In this document: piece after piece, positions 51,100-64,000 of the stretch | Layout of the letters: the number at the start of each line of letters is the position of its first letter | How positions within the stretch are numbered: the stretch's first letter is position 1 | Translations under genes and position numbers: made by a program | Source: Hemiscyllium ocellatum | Lineage: Eukaryota | Length of the DNA: 64,000 nt | Direction of reading: 5' to 3' | Assembly (NCBI RefSeq): GCF_020745735.1 | Contig: NC_083406.1 | Location: 21,946,255 to 22,010,254 of the forward strand | Notes under the pieces: model-generated | Databases searched by the model: none | The model's input: the letters and a program-made list of their open reading frames with translations, nothing else | Told to the model about the DNA's origin: nothing

Positions 51100-52860
51100 A
51101 TATGTGTTGAGAGGGTGCAGAAAACATTTACATTGATCCTGGTAGGACTGGAGGGTTTGAGTTATAAGAAGATGCTTAATTAGGCTGGAGCTTGATTCCC
51201 TGGAGTGTCAGAAGGGTGACCTTACAGAGGCTTATAAAATTATGATGGTCTTGGATAAGCTGAATAGCCAAAGTCTTTTTTCCTAGGCTGGGGAAATCCT
51301 GACAAAAGGTCATAGGTTTAAGGTGGGAGGGGAAAGGTTTGAAGGGTAATGTTTTCATGCAGAGGGTGGTACCTGTATACAATGAGCTGCTAGAGCTGGG
51401 TACAAATACAACATTTAAAAGTTGCCTAGATGGGTATATGAATAAAAAGGCTTTCGAGGGATCTGTGCGAAATGCTAGCAAATGGAATTAGGTCAGATTG
51501 GGATGTCTTATCAGAATAGCTGAGTTGTACTAAAGGCTGTTTCCATGTTCTATGGCTCTATGACCTGCAAGTCTAACATCGATAGCAGGGTGAACTATTG
51601 GATATAATTCTGAAAGACAGAACGAATCTCCACTTGGAGAGGCATGGATTAACTACAGACAGTCAGCATAGCTTTACAAGTGGGAGACCATGTCTAAAAA
51701 CACTTATTGAATTTTTCAAGAAGGTGACTAAGTGTGTAGATCAGGATAGTGCTAATGAAGTCTACATGAACTTCAGTAAACCCTCTGATAAGACCTCACA
51801 TGGGAGACTGGTTTAAAAGCTAAATGCTCATGGGAGATAAGATCAAAAATTGGCTTAGTGGCACGAAACAGGGGTAATGGTCAAAGATTATCTTTGGAAC
51901 TGGAGGCTTCTGCCCAGTGGAGTACCCCAATGTTCAGTGCTGGGTCCCTTACTGTTTTTTTTGTAAATTAATTATCTAGGCATCAATGTAAGCCTACATT
52001 TGTAGGTGACACAAAATTGGTGACTTCATTTCGAGTGATGAGGAATGATATAAACAGGCTGGTCAGATGGGCTGAATAGTGGAAATTTAATCCATAAAAC
52101 TGTGAGGTGATGCATTTTGGAAGGACTAACAAGGGAAAGGAATGCATTCTGATTAGTAGAAATTTAGAAGATTGATGGGATCTTGGTATGTGTGCCCATG
52201 CATCCTTGAAGGCAGCAGGACGTAAGGTGGTTAAGAGGCACATGGGATGCTTGCCTTTGTTAGTCAAGGCATTGAACATGAGAGTAAAGTGGTTATGATG
52301 AAGCTGTATTGATTCTTAGTTACAGTTGGAGTATGGTTCTCATTGCTGCACTACAAGTAGGTGTGACTGCATTGGGAGGTGCAGAGGAGATTCACCACAA
52401 TATAGTTAGGGCTGGAGAGACTCATCTTTAAAGAGACACTGGATAAGTTGGGTTGTTTTCCTTAAAGCAGAGAAGGCTGAGAGAGGATGTGACACAATGT
52501 ATGAAGTGTACAGACAGTGTAGAAAGGAAAAACATTCCCCTTAGTAGGGGTATCAATAACAAAAGGCCTCATTTATGCGGTCAGAAACAAAGGCTTTAAA
52601 GGGAATTTGAGGGAATAAAAACACCCAGAGTGTGATGGGAATCTAGAACTCACTGCTTGAAATATTGGAACAGGCAGGAACACTCAAGATATTTGAGAAC
52701 TCTTTAGATGAACACCTAAAATCCAACAGCATACAAGGCTATGTGTTGCATGTTCGAATATGGGTTTAAATTAGATAGATATTTGATGACCAGTGTGGAT
52801 ATGATGGGACGAAGAGCCTCTTTCCATGCTGTAAAACCTCTATGACCCTCTGTGACTCCA
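51100..52860 (+). mobile_element. Two consecutive decayed CR1 fragments (51100-51565, 51566-52860)
   Basis: SQHSFTSGRPCLKTLIEFF, cagtggagtaccccaatgttcagtgctgggtcc, two 3' UTR tails. Confidence 0.85.
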
Positions 52861-53289
52861 TGATGAAGAGCCATAGTCCAGCATTATTGCCCTTGAAAAC
52901 ATCGGACCTTTTAGCAACTCTCTCTACAGCTCAAATAATTTAGAAGTCATTGCTCAGCAACAACTAATAGTTTTCAAATGCACTTTACAACTGACCTATA
53001 TTACGATAACACTATAGTATTGCTGCTGCTCATCTCAAATCTACTTTCAATCCAAAGGACAGACACTATTTCCATATTTCTTGATTAAAATAAGTGGATA
53101 AATGACTAATGTCATAAACAAAATGGGAGTTTACCATAACTCCTGCAATGATCATTGAGATAGACAACAACCAAAGGAATTATGCAATTTAGTATGACCA
53201 GGTACTTATGACTTGTGCCCTTTCAATACGACATCTGCAGTTATAAGTCTGATACACACATCCAGTCCTGCATATTGTAAAACTGTGAA

Positions 53290-53520
53290 TGTTGATTCTG
53301 TGGTAGCACTCTTAACTTTGGGCATTAATGGTCTGCATTAAAATTCCAATGCAGTACCGAGGGACAATTACACTACTGGATGTGCCATTTATTGAATTAG
53401 ATGCGAAACTGAAGCCACATCTGTTCTCTCTGGTGAATCTAAAAGAGTCCATGGCACGATTTCAAAGAGAAACAGGTAGTACTTCCCAGAATCCTGATAA
53501 TGTTCACCCTGATCATTCTT
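53290..53520 (+). mobile_element. Old Deu-domain SINE fragment
   Basis: gcagtaccgaggga...gatgcgaaactgaagcc...tctggtgaatctaaaagagtccatggcacgatttcaaagaga. Confidence 0.5.
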
Positions 53521-54344
53521 TTTTGGTCAAGACACCCCCACTCTGGCTCACACAGCTACTCAAAGATAAAGGTTCACATTATTTTTTTTCAGATCCAAAG
53601 AAGACTTTATTCTTTTTCAATACAATTCTATTGTGAAATGCGAGTAAATGAAACCTCACTTTCTGTTATTAATGAAACATGTTTGGCCTCAATTTTCCAA
53701 ACATGGCTCAAAAGTTTGAAAACAATCACAACATCGACATTTTATTATCCAGGTTATTGTACTTTTGACCACATGAGTACAGTGATTTTATATGTGACAT
53801 GGGGGAAGGTGTGATTTAGTATGCGTCTAAGGCACTTTCGTGGCTCTCTATAGAATTGATTTTTAACTATGGATATTGCTCATTGAAACTAAAAGTGACA
53901 ATGATTAATTTTGTGAGCTGAACTCTAGCATTATTACGAAAGAAAAACACTAGTTGAACATGGAGAAACAGCATGTGAAATAGCACAAATTAATATAGCC
54001 AGCTCAGTCTTACAAGTGAGAAATGTGATCCCAATATTAATGAAAGACAACAGGCACAGAATGCCTTGCATTCCAATACACAATGACATCCAGAAGTTCA
54101 AAACATTACTAAACCCGATAGTTCAGATTAAATTCCATTGTTTAGAAATTTTCAAGAGATGCATCCAACCACAAAAATTAAAAAGGCACAATGAGATTCC
54201 TTTAGACTAATGCTGAGAGATTTAAGGAATATTTATCCTCTTTGTCTTTTTCCAAAAGTTGTTCATGCTTACATTTTCCTCATGCCATTACAGACAGCAT
54301 TTCATAGCAATCTGCGTGGTCAGACCCTGTATCAACATTTGCTC

Positions 54345-54790
54345 AACTTGGAGTAAAATACTGCAAATGGTGGAAGCGAAAAATCAGGCAGCATCTGTGG
54401 CAGGAGAAAAGGTGGAAATGTTTCTGGTTGATCTCATTTGGTAGCTCCTCGAGATGTAACAGCTTTTAAGTCAGACTGCCTGTGAAGGAAAGTACAAATG
54501 AGCTGATCTGCATTAGGTTGGAGGCAAGAGAGATTAAATGCCAAGAGGAATGTTGATGTAAGAAAAAAAGTAGCAGTGGAACAGGGTAGACAAGTTACCT
54601 GCATGGAATATGGGAAGAGCAGAATCAATACCCATAGGTAATACAAAGGCTAAATACTGCAGGTGCTGAAAATCTGCAGAAAATCACAGAAAATCCCAGG
54701 GAAATTCAGTAGTTCTAGCAACATCTGTAGAGAGACAAAAACAGCATTAATATTTTCAGTCCAAGATGACTGGATTTCATACTTTTGGCA
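54345..54790 (-). mobile_element. Decayed PLE terminal fragments
   Basis: aaatactgcaggtgctgaaaatctg...gcaacatctgtagagagacaaaaacag. Confidence 0.55.
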
Positions 54791-54847
54791 GAAACAGAGA
54801 AGAGGCAAGGCTGGTGTGGACGCCCAAAGCAAAATACATAATTATTG

Positions 54848-55125
54848 ACTGGATTCCCCTATAGTATGGAAACAGGCCCTTCGGCCCAACAGGTCCACAC
54901 CAAGCCTCTGAAGAGTAACCCACCCAGGCCAGTCCCCTTACCACTGCCTAATGCACTTATCACTATGGATAATTCAGCATGGCCAATCACCAGACTTATG
55001 CATCTTTGGATTATGGGAGGAAGCCAGACCACCCAGAGGAAATTCACACAGATGGGGGGGGGACGTGCAAACTCCACACAGACTGAAACAGGAATTGAAC
55101 CTGGATCCCTGATGTAATGAGGCTA
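54848..55125 (-). mobile_element. HE1-type SINE
   Basis: ggaaacaggcccttcggcccaac...gtgcaaactccacacagac...gaattgaacctggatccc. Confidence 0.85.
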
Positions 55126-55246
55126 CACTATTTAACAAAAAGAGAAACATTTATGACCTGAAATTGGACTCAATGTTGGTTCTTCAAGGCTAGCTGAAAA
55201 ATGATGTTGTTCCAGTGCCTACTGTCCAATCCTGCACAAGCAATTA

Positions 55247-55407
55247 TAGAGGAAGCTTGGTTAACCAGCATTCATTAACCTGAATATTGGTTTATCCGGC
55301 AAGATCACATGGTCCCGATGCTTGGCTAATCTATGTTATCCGAAATTCGATTAGCTGAACGAAATACCCCCCCGCCCGTGTCCTTCGGATAATCGAGGTT
55401 CCTCTGT
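55247..55407. mobile_element. Short non-autonomous Tc1/mariner (pogo/Tigger-like) MITE
   Basis: TIRs tagaggaagcttggttaacc / cggataatcgaggttcctctg, left end preceded by TA, CpG-rich interior. Confidence 0.7.
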
Positions 55408-55939
55408 TTAGCGACCACATGAAGATAATCAGGGGCATTACTGCTGGCTGAGAATTTTCCTCTGAACCAGAACACTGTGGCAAACTGTTTTAGGATGAAA
55501 TTGGTGACTGTCAGTTGAGATATGCTAACACAGATCTTCGGCTTACTGTTGTGTGCAGTAATGCCATATCAAAGATACCTGTGTCCATTGGTTCACTCTA
55601 TCATTTTGATTTCATAACATTTCAACTGAAACTTTTATTACACTACTTCCTCAGAGTATGATCCACAATCTATATATTGTTGCTTTGGCAACCTAAAAAT
55701 AAATCAAGACATTGGAGACATCTCACAAACAGTACTATTTTCTTTAAAGTTAATATTATTATAATAAATGTTGTTAACATTATTCAAACCAAATGTCTTT
55801 TTTCACTTTAGTAATACATGAATCCTAAAGGCATAATTGCACACACACCCTATTCACTCTGTAAATATCCCTGGGGTCATTGCGTGGCTGAAAATGATGC
55901 TGTCCTGTTGTGATAAAATAATTATTATAAATATTTTGT

Positions 55940-56265
55940 TTAATTCATTCATGGGATCAGGGCACTACAGCTAGGCCAGCATTTATTATGCATCCTTCAT
56001 CACCCAGAAGGTAGTTAAAAGCCAACCACACTGCTGCGGGTCTGGAGTCACATATAAGTCAGCTTTCCTTCCCTAAAGGACATTAATAAACAAGCTTTTT
56101 TTTTACAACAATGCTCATTAATATACTCTTAAATTTAGATTTTTGTTGTTATGGAGTTCAAGTTTCACCAGCTGTTGTGGTGGGCTTCAAATCCAGGTCT
56201 CCAGAACATTACCTGGGCCTTGGGATTAACAGTCCAGCAGTAATATCACTAGGCCATCAGCTCCC
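55940..56265 (-). mobile_element. Non-LTR retrotransposon tail fragment
   Basis: ttaattcattcatggga...ggccagcatttatt...ggtctggagtcacat; colinear with 59450-59775. Confidence 0.7.
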
Positions 56266-56904
56266 TGATCATAAGGTACCTATTCATTGTCTGACAACGT
56301 TGACTTCTCTTTTAAGCTTTAATTTTCCTCCCTGGAACCAGAGCCTTGTTTATCAAATCATTGATAGTAAGGAGAATATTTGAACCATTGTGCCTGATAC
56401 TTTCACCGTTGGAAAAATCTACATTGCAAATTGCAGAAAAATATAATTCTGAATTGGAAAGCATTTCCAGTGAAAGTTTGTATGCACTGTTTGGTTAAGA
56501 AATAAAATGACAGCCTTGGATCTCAGAATGAAATCAGAATTTCATTGGCCAATATGATGATTTTAGACAATTATGAACAATTATTTGATTATGTCAAAAT
56601 AATTTGCTACATTTTGCTACAGATCTCATGGCCCCAAAGTGAAATCAGCACCACAGCGTTGGTCATGTATTTCAATAAACCACAATGACAACCTAATGGA
56701 AGGACATTAGACGATTGTGGAATTCATCCATACAGAATTATCTTTCTGATCACCATTCACTTTACTGTTGCTTTAATTATAAAGTTTTCCTCACTCTGTC
56801 TAACCTGTCCAGCAGATCATTCCACGAGTAGCTTACACTTTCAATGGAGAAACAACTCCTGATAAATAACTTAATTTCACATTTCCAGACGTAAATTAAT
56901 CATA

Positions 56905-57235
56905 CTCAGTGAGATGCCCAGTTCGATTTTCCATGCGATATTAAAATATAGCTTGTCCCTTATCTCAGCTGGAGAGTAAAAGTTCCACTGCAAGAATATA
57001 AAAAGAGCATGGAAGTTCTCCTACACTCTGACAATTAGCTTTCCCTCAGCTAATATTATGATTAGCTGTCTACCACTGTTTGTGATACCTTGCTGTGCAA
57101 AAACTGGCAGTTACATGTCCTATATACAATACTGAGTACAATTCAAAGCTATATTTCAAAACTATTTAATTAGCTATAAAATGCTTTGGTGCACACTGAA
57201 ATCATGAAAGGTGCTTTATAAATGCAAATCTTTTC
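56905..57235 (+). mobile_element. Deu-domain SINE (SacSINE1/AmnSINE-like), old
   Basis: ctgtttgtgataccttgctgtgcaaaaactggc...gaaaggtgctttataaatgcaaatctttt. Confidence 0.55.
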
Positions 57236-58996
57236 TAAGTTCTAATAGTTTTTGAAGGTAAATTGTAGACCATGACAGCAGATCGCCAGTTCCTTACTTT
57301 ATCATCTCGACTACAAGAATTTTCTGAAGAAGGACATTTCCAGAATGGTTACTCTTACCTTTCCCCCTCTGACTGTTTTACATTGTTTCCAAAATTTTCT
57401 GATTTTCAGCATTCTTATTTCTTTTCCATTTTATAGCTATGAAATACTTGATTTTTTTTTGTCATTGTAATTAAGTTTTTGTTTCTTTCTTTTCCTATTT
57501 CCAAAACAAAGTTAATGCAGCTTGAAAATCTAGATTTATCTCTCTGGCCTGCTCTGAACATCAGGTTCACATTTTTTATACACTTGTCCTTCAGGTATGC
57601 TACTTGATTTATAGAACTCCTAATCACCTACAATTAAACACTCAACAACTTCCTGGACAATTCAAAGGCTTTGCCTCAGTAGTGCTTGGCTATGATTATA
57701 GGAGCTAAATATTTGTAACTGAACATGGCTTGAAATGATTATTGAGAAGTAATTAAACGATATAAGATTTCAATTTTCTGTTCAATCATTATCCTGCTCT
57801 TCCCTGAACCAGGGTGTGAACCATCTATGTAGGGAGTGGTGTTGGTGTTTGAAAGAAAAATATAACAGAGCAAGGTCAAATGTGATTTCCCAGTATTTGC
57901 TGCAGTGAGATGGTATGTTATGTTACATTTTAAGTTGAGCTTTTCACGATCCAAAGAATTCACAGATCCCAAGCAATGAACCTCCAGATATATCATTGGA
58001 GTCAGGCTTCACAATAATTCCAAAAATGTCATGCTATATTGGGGGGTGCTTTGAAAATGTCAAGTTATTGTTCTGACTTTGTGATGAGGATCAAGGGAAT
58101 TGCTCCATTTTTCGAACATGAGAATGAATTCATCAGCAGTTGACCGTGTGTTAGGTCCTCTTCCCTCTGGAAGAAAAAGCAGGTCAGCTCCTACAGGAGC
58201 CATAAAGGTACACTCAAAATAGATCCTTCCTTTCAAATGAGAACTTTCGGTCTTGGAGCAATAAGCATGGATTATCATTTAAGAGATTTTAATGGAGTAC
58301 GTCCGTAAAGTTAAATATTAGCACTTCAAGGACCTAATCAATACCTCTGGGAATAAACTAGCCCAAGAGAAAAAGTTGTAAATAAACTGAAAGCCTAAAT
58401 CCAAATTGCAAGGGCAAAAGCAGTTCTCCGGAGATAAATGACAGGCTTGCATCTCTATAAATGGAATAGAAATATATTTCAACTGTTAAGAGTGGGGTGT
58501 ATTAAATTCAAATGTATCCCACAACATCATGAGTGTAAGAAAACAAGGATACTGTTGTTGATCCCTCTGACTGAGAGAAAAGCTGTAATTGCTAATGGTA
58601 AGGATAGACAGACAACTATATATCTATTGGAATATTCTAACTGTTACTAGTGTGAAAACAGGGAGTAGGAAAAACATGGAATGCCAGATGATGAAGAGGA
58701 AAGGAATGGGGTGCATAATATTAAAATGACTGCCTTAGTTAATCTCTTTTGAAGAATCATTAACTTTTTTGATATCAGTTTTGATGGAAGTAAAAAGGGT
58801 CCTTATTTGTGTTTGAAACAAAGTGCTTGATTCATCAACAGTATTATTAATAATAAAGAAAGCAGGCAGGACTGTTACAATGATTGCTTGGAAGGCTGAC
58901 TGGCTGCATACACTGGTGTATGGAAAAGGGACAAGGTTAAAAAAACAACAGCATCTTGACAGACTGAGGGCATGTTTGCAAATTGATTCAGCATTA

Positions 58997-59033
58997 GAGA
59001 GAGAGAGAAAGAGGGAGATAGAGAGAGAGAGAA
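58997..59033 (+). repeat. Imperfect (GA)n microsatellite
   Basis: agagagagagagaaagagggagatagagagagagagaa. Confidence 0.9.
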
Positions 59034-59164
59034 AATAGAAAAGTACTGAGAGTTTAGTTTCCCAGCAGTCACAGTATAAAACACGATGGTTTAACTCTCC
59101 AAAAACATAACAAACCTGTCAGTTAATGGGGAAAGCATACACCATCTTACAAGAAGAAGACACC

Positions 59165-59365
59165 TGTTAGGTTAGGTAGATTGAATGTACTAAATTGCCT
59201 GTAGTGTCCCTAAATTGCCTGTAGTCCACCTAATTTAGGTGCAAATTAGGTGGACTAGCCTTGGGAAATGCAGGGTTATGAGGGGCCGAGGGCTGGGTTA
59301 ATGCAAAGGGTTAATGCAGATTTGGTGGGCTGAATGACCTATTTCTGCACAGTAGAGACTCTGTG
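59165..59365 (+). mobile_element. HE1-type SINE 3' half with small internal tandem duplications
   Basis: taaattgcctgtagt x2, gggttaatgca x2, tail tgggctgaatgacc. Confidence 0.65.
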
Positions 59366-59449
59366 GTCTGAAGCAATCCCCTTAGACCTTAATGTGATCA
59401 ACCCTTCGGGTAGGGTGTCATACAACTATTTAGTACGTAAGCTGCCTTT

Positions 59450-59775
59450 TTTAATTCATGCATAAGATGACAATGTCACTGGCTTAGCCAGCATTTTTTG
59501 CCCATCTCTAGCTGCCCAAAGGGCAGTTAGGAGTCAGCCACATTGTTATGGATCTGGAGTCACAAGTACACCAGATCAGGTAAGGATGATAATTTCTTTC
59601 CCTAGACGACATTAGTGAACCAGATGGGTTTTTCCATCAACTGACAATGGTTTCATGACCATGATTAGACTCTTAATTCTAGATTTTTTTTGATTGAACC
59701 TGGATCCTCAGGTTCAATAACCTGGGCCTCTGGAATTATAGTCTTCCGATAATACACTAGGCCATTGCCTCCCCC
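59450..59775 (-). mobile_element. Non-LTR retrotransposon tail fragment
   Basis: gccagcatttttt gcccatc...gggcagttaggagtcagccacattg...ctaggccattgcctcccc. Confidence 0.7.
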
Positions 59776-60354
59776 AGTTATTGATCAAATGGCGATGTAA
59801 TTGAGCACCATTCTCTTTCTGAATACATCGCCTTGTGTTTGTGATTGAACTTTCCCAGATTTGGATCTTAAAGCAATATATGTTTGGGTGACATCCTACA
59901 ATATGCAGATTTTGAATGATTGATGAGTGCAGGAACTCTTACCTTGGAAGCCATTTATGGCACGGCTAACTTAGCAACAATAAAAGCTGTAATTCAGCAA
60001 CCAAGCCTTTGGCTAAAGCAGGCCCTTTCAACATTCACCCTCCACCATCTAGATTACATTTATCCTAACTGTTATTATATCTGTTTGTTTACCTTTTCTA
60101 ATCTATCCAAAAATAATGTTGACGTTAGTTTGGCAAGCAATGAGCTTGGTAGTGAATTCACAATCTCAAAACCCGATGCATAAAGAAGTTTCTAGAACTG
60201 TCTTCTTCAAATTACTTAGATTTAATACTGCACCTAGAATGTTATATTGCCTGACTGATATATAATGGATGAAGTAGTCAATAAACTGCCATTATATAAG
60301 TTAAGAAATCGAAATTTCAGAAAACAGTCTGAAATTTGAACAGCACTTGAAACA

Positions 60355-60560
60355 AGAAAACTCTGCAAAAAAAGTGCATGTTGCACTGCCCCAATAATAA
60401 AAGAAAAAGAAGTCCATTTGTGTCACAATTTTCATGGCCTTCAGGACATAAAGCGTTTCGTAGACAATTATGTATTTTTGAAGTGCAGCCATACTTGAAA
60501 AGTTGAAGGCATAGCAGCCAATTCACAATTTGTCTTTGTGATGTTGATTGAAGAATAAGG
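60355..60560 (-). mobile_element. Deu-SINE/L2-type tail fragment
   Basis: ttcatggccttcaggacataaagcgtt...tatttttgaagtgcagcc...gcagccaatt. Confidence 0.45.
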
Positions 60561-61375
60561 ACCTTTGAGTGTTACTGCTATGCTTGTTTATTGTTAACAG
60601 GTTTATTTGCATGAGTTTTCACCGAGTCAAGAAATAATGGTATGTCGGATATTGTCATGATATTTTAGGTCTGTTTTTCCAAATACTAAATATCATGTTC
60701 AACTTTAAACACCTAAATAAGGATCTTTTAATCAATCCTTTAATCTAACACCATTATAATATAAAATTAATCAGGTTGTTACTGCAGATCAAATGATTTA
60801 CCTATTTTATGAACTACAGGACTGGGATATTTAATTAATTATCCAGGCAATTTGGGGAAGAGAAAGATAGAGCATTGACAAAATAATATAGACTGTCAGC
60901 CAGAGATGAAGGTAGAGTGACAGTCAGTACTCTCAGTAAGTTAAAGACATAACTACATCAATTGTTTCTTCCTTAAATTTGCTTCACATTAGATCAATCA
61001 CGTTATGAGAAATGCTGTATTAGAGAGCAAGATTTAACTTGCATTCCTCATTTTGAAAATGAATTAAAATACCCTTGGTATACAATGGAACAATGGGTGC
61101 CACAATTTCTGCCACCATGCATTTAAGATTGGATAAAAGTGATAAAGGCAACTTACATTCATTTCTCAGAACAAAAAGAATTGAACTGTATTCAACTTAC
61201 AGCACATTGCTCAGCCTATATATTCCTCTCTGCAGTTTAAGCTTCCACAAGCCTCCTCCTACTCTATTTTATCTCACTGAGTTTGTGATCTAAACCTTAT
61301 ATGTCAGACCAGGCAACATTAGCTCTGCATGTGTAACTGGTTTTATTTACCATGCTTAAAAGTCTGCTTCAAATG

Positions 61376-62660
61376 ATTGATTAGGGATAGACAACATGGT
61401 TTTCTGAATGGGAAATCATCTCTGACTAACTTAATTGTGTTTTTGGAACAAGTAACAAAGAGGATTGATGAGGGCAGAGCAGTGGATGTGATCTATATGG
61501 ACTTTCATAAGGCGTTCAAAAGGTTCCGCATAGTGGAATGGTTAGTAAAGTTAGGTCACTTGGAAAACAAGGAGAGCTAGTTATTTGGATACAGAACTGA
61601 CTCCAAGGCTAAAGTCAGATGGTAGCGGTGCAGAGTAGTTTTTCAGATTGGAGGCGTGTGACCAGCAGCGTGCCACAAGGATTGGTGCTGGCTTCACTGC
61701 TTTTTGACATTTATATCAATGATTTGGATGAGATCATAGGAGACATGATTCATTAGTGTGCAGATGACATCAAAATTGAAGTAAAATGGACAGCGAAGAT
61801 GTTTTCCTTAAAGTACAACAGGATCTCGATCAGATGGATCCATGGGCTGAGGAGTGGTAAATGGAGTTTCATTTAAATAAATGTGATGCGCTGCATTTTA
61901 GAAAGGAAAATCAGGATAGGACTTATACACTTAATGGTAAGATCCTAGAGAGTGTTGCTGAACAAAGAGACCTTGGAGTGCAGGTTCATAGTTCCTTGAA
62001 AATGGAGTCACAGGTAGATGGGATAGTGAAGAAGTCATTTGGTACCCGTGCCTTTATTAGTCAGTGCATTGAGTATTGGAGTTGGGATGACACATTGTGA
62101 CTGTACATGGCATTGGTTAGACGACTTTTGGAATATTGTATGCAATTCTGATCTCCCTATTAAAGCAAGGATGTTGTGAAACTTGAAAGGGTTTGGAGCA
62201 GATTTACAAGGATATTGCCATTATTGGAGGGTTTAAGCTATAGGGAGTAGCTGAATAAGCTGGGGCTACTTTCCTCACAGCGTCGGAGGCTGAGGTGACA
62301 TTGTGGAGGTTTATAAATCATGAGGGACATGGATAGGATAAATAGAAAAGTCTTTTCCCCTAGGTGGGGGAGACCAAAACTAGAAGGGATAATTTAAGGT
62401 AAGAGAGAAAGGTTTAAAAGAGACCTAAGGTGCAATGTTTTCACACAGAGGGTGGTGCATGTATGGAATGAGCTGCCAGAGGAAGTGGTGGAGGGTGGTA
62501 TAACTACAACATTTGAAATGCATCTGGATGGGTATATGAATAAGAAGGGTTTGGAGGAAAAAGGCTCAAATGATGACATTTATTGAGGATATCTGATTGG
62601 TATGGATGAGTTGGACTGATGGGTCTGTTCTGTGCTGTACATCTTTATGACTGTATGTCT
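61376..62660 (+). mobile_element. CR1/HER1 LINE RT and 3' UTR
   Basis: IRDRQHGFLNGKSSLTNLI, VDVIYMDFHKAF, KCDALHF, QRDLGVQVHSSLK. Confidence 0.92.
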
Positions 62661-62959
62661 CTAGCTGTGCTTCAATGCTTTCAATAGTTTGTTTACTTTT
62701 CTCTGGAGAACACTCCTCATCTTAACCAAGTGAGCACAGTGAGCATCAATAGTAAGCAGACTTAAAACTACACAAAGAACAATTGAACAATCCATTCAAC
62801 ATATCCATCTTGTCCTTTCTTCCTTAAGTGCTTATTAGTTTGTCCTTAAATATGATTTGCTTTAAACAGTCCATGTAGTAACAAATTTCTCTGAGTAAAG
62901 AATTTTTTCCCCCTGAGGCCCCCATTGTATTTAATAGTGACCATCTTATAGTTAAACTC

Positions 62960-63290
62960 AGAATGTGAGCTGACACTCCCAATAGATTGTTATGAGAGTG
63001 TCGTAAATGTCATCTTTCAAATGAGACATTAAACTGATGTTTTGCTGACCATTGCAAGTGAATATAAATGTTCCCATGGTGCTATTTTGAAGAACGGTAA
63101 GATGGTTCTTCCAATAAATATATATCCCTCGCTCAAGCAAAAGAAAAGGTCTGGTAATTGTCACATTGCTATTTGTGGGAGTTTGCTGTGCACAAACTGT
63201 TGCATTTCCAACATTATAATGGTGAATACAGTTTAAATATTCTTTTTGGCTTTAAAGTACTTTAGGACATCCTCAGAACTTGAAATTCGC
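62960..63290 (+). mobile_element. Deu-domain SINE (SacSINE1/AmnSINE-like)
   Basis: tcatctttcaaatgagacattaaactga...cccatggtgctattttgaagaa...cacattgctatttgtgggagtttgctgtgcacaaa...ggacatcctcag. Confidence 0.65.
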
Positions 63291-64000
63291 TGGAGGATGT
63301 TCCTTCCTTGGTTCCCTTTCCTTCCTTCCTTTCCATTTTTGCTTTGTTTTTCTTCTTTCAGCCCTCTGGGAAGGAATCTGGATTCTGATTGCACATAGTT
63401 ATGTGGAGATGGCATATAATTAACCATTTGGAGACGTATGTATCTGGAGAAATGTTACAGCACTTTAGCTTGCTATGACAATGTTTTGCGCATTGGTAAT
63501 AATTCAATACATTACGAGATTAACATTTGTTGTCTGATGCAGTACTTTCAATAAGAAATCCTCTTGAAATTAATTTCAGCTCAGTCAGCTTTGTAAACAG
63601 TTTCTTGAAAATGAATTGTATTCTTTTTAGGACTGCAATAACACTTCCTGACAAGTAAGCTGCAAGTAAAGTCACATCGGATAGTAAGCAGTTTATTCGC
63701 AAAGTATATTTGCTTCAGCCTCAAGCTATTATTGTTCACTCTGATTCAGACGCATTATCTTGGTATTCATTCTCACTTCAAGGACACAGTATGTAGTGTC
63801 AATGGGACACAATTCACCATTGTTGCAAATGATAATTGGCATCATTACTCTTTTGCTATGTTTGAGAAACAGATGATTTCAACTGCAATTTTCTATCTGA
63901 TTTCACTTGCCATATTCCTATAATCTGACAGGAATATGTCTTGTGTCAGCAATGGCGATATGAAGACTTGTACCCAGCTGTTCATCATTGATTTGCATGC

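Noticed and set aside
1-64000. CRISPR arrays, operons, rRNA or prokaryotic systems
   Set aside because: No regularly spaced repeat-spacer structure or gene-dense coding; the sequence is vertebrate repeat-rich DNA.

Overview
Vertebrate, repeat-dense, apparently intergenic or intronic DNA. The repeat set (HE1-type tRNA SINEs, HER1/CR1 LINEs, Deu-domain SINEs, Penelope-like elements) points to a cartilaginous fish, probably a shark (inference). I recognise no host protein-coding gene; nearly all listed ORFs are retroelement fragments or their antisense shadows. The most structured signal is a set of at least four Penelope-like element (PLE) families carrying minimal hammerhead-ribozyme cores (CTGAnGA-stem-GAAA). 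Many copies are fold-back palindromes or short stubs with clear target-site duplications (TSDs), and their 5' junctions fall at or inside the hammerhead. One such insertion carries an inverted ~140-bp copy of nearby genomic DNA inside its TSD, and another PLE contains a ~70-bp copy of DNA from 4 kb away. Removing insertions in 41-47.5 kb uncovers decayed minus-strand reading frames of unknown, possibly retroelement or viral, origin. A few orphan exon-like segments and RFX X-box matches are weaker candidates. Family names come from pattern recognition and boundaries are approximate.
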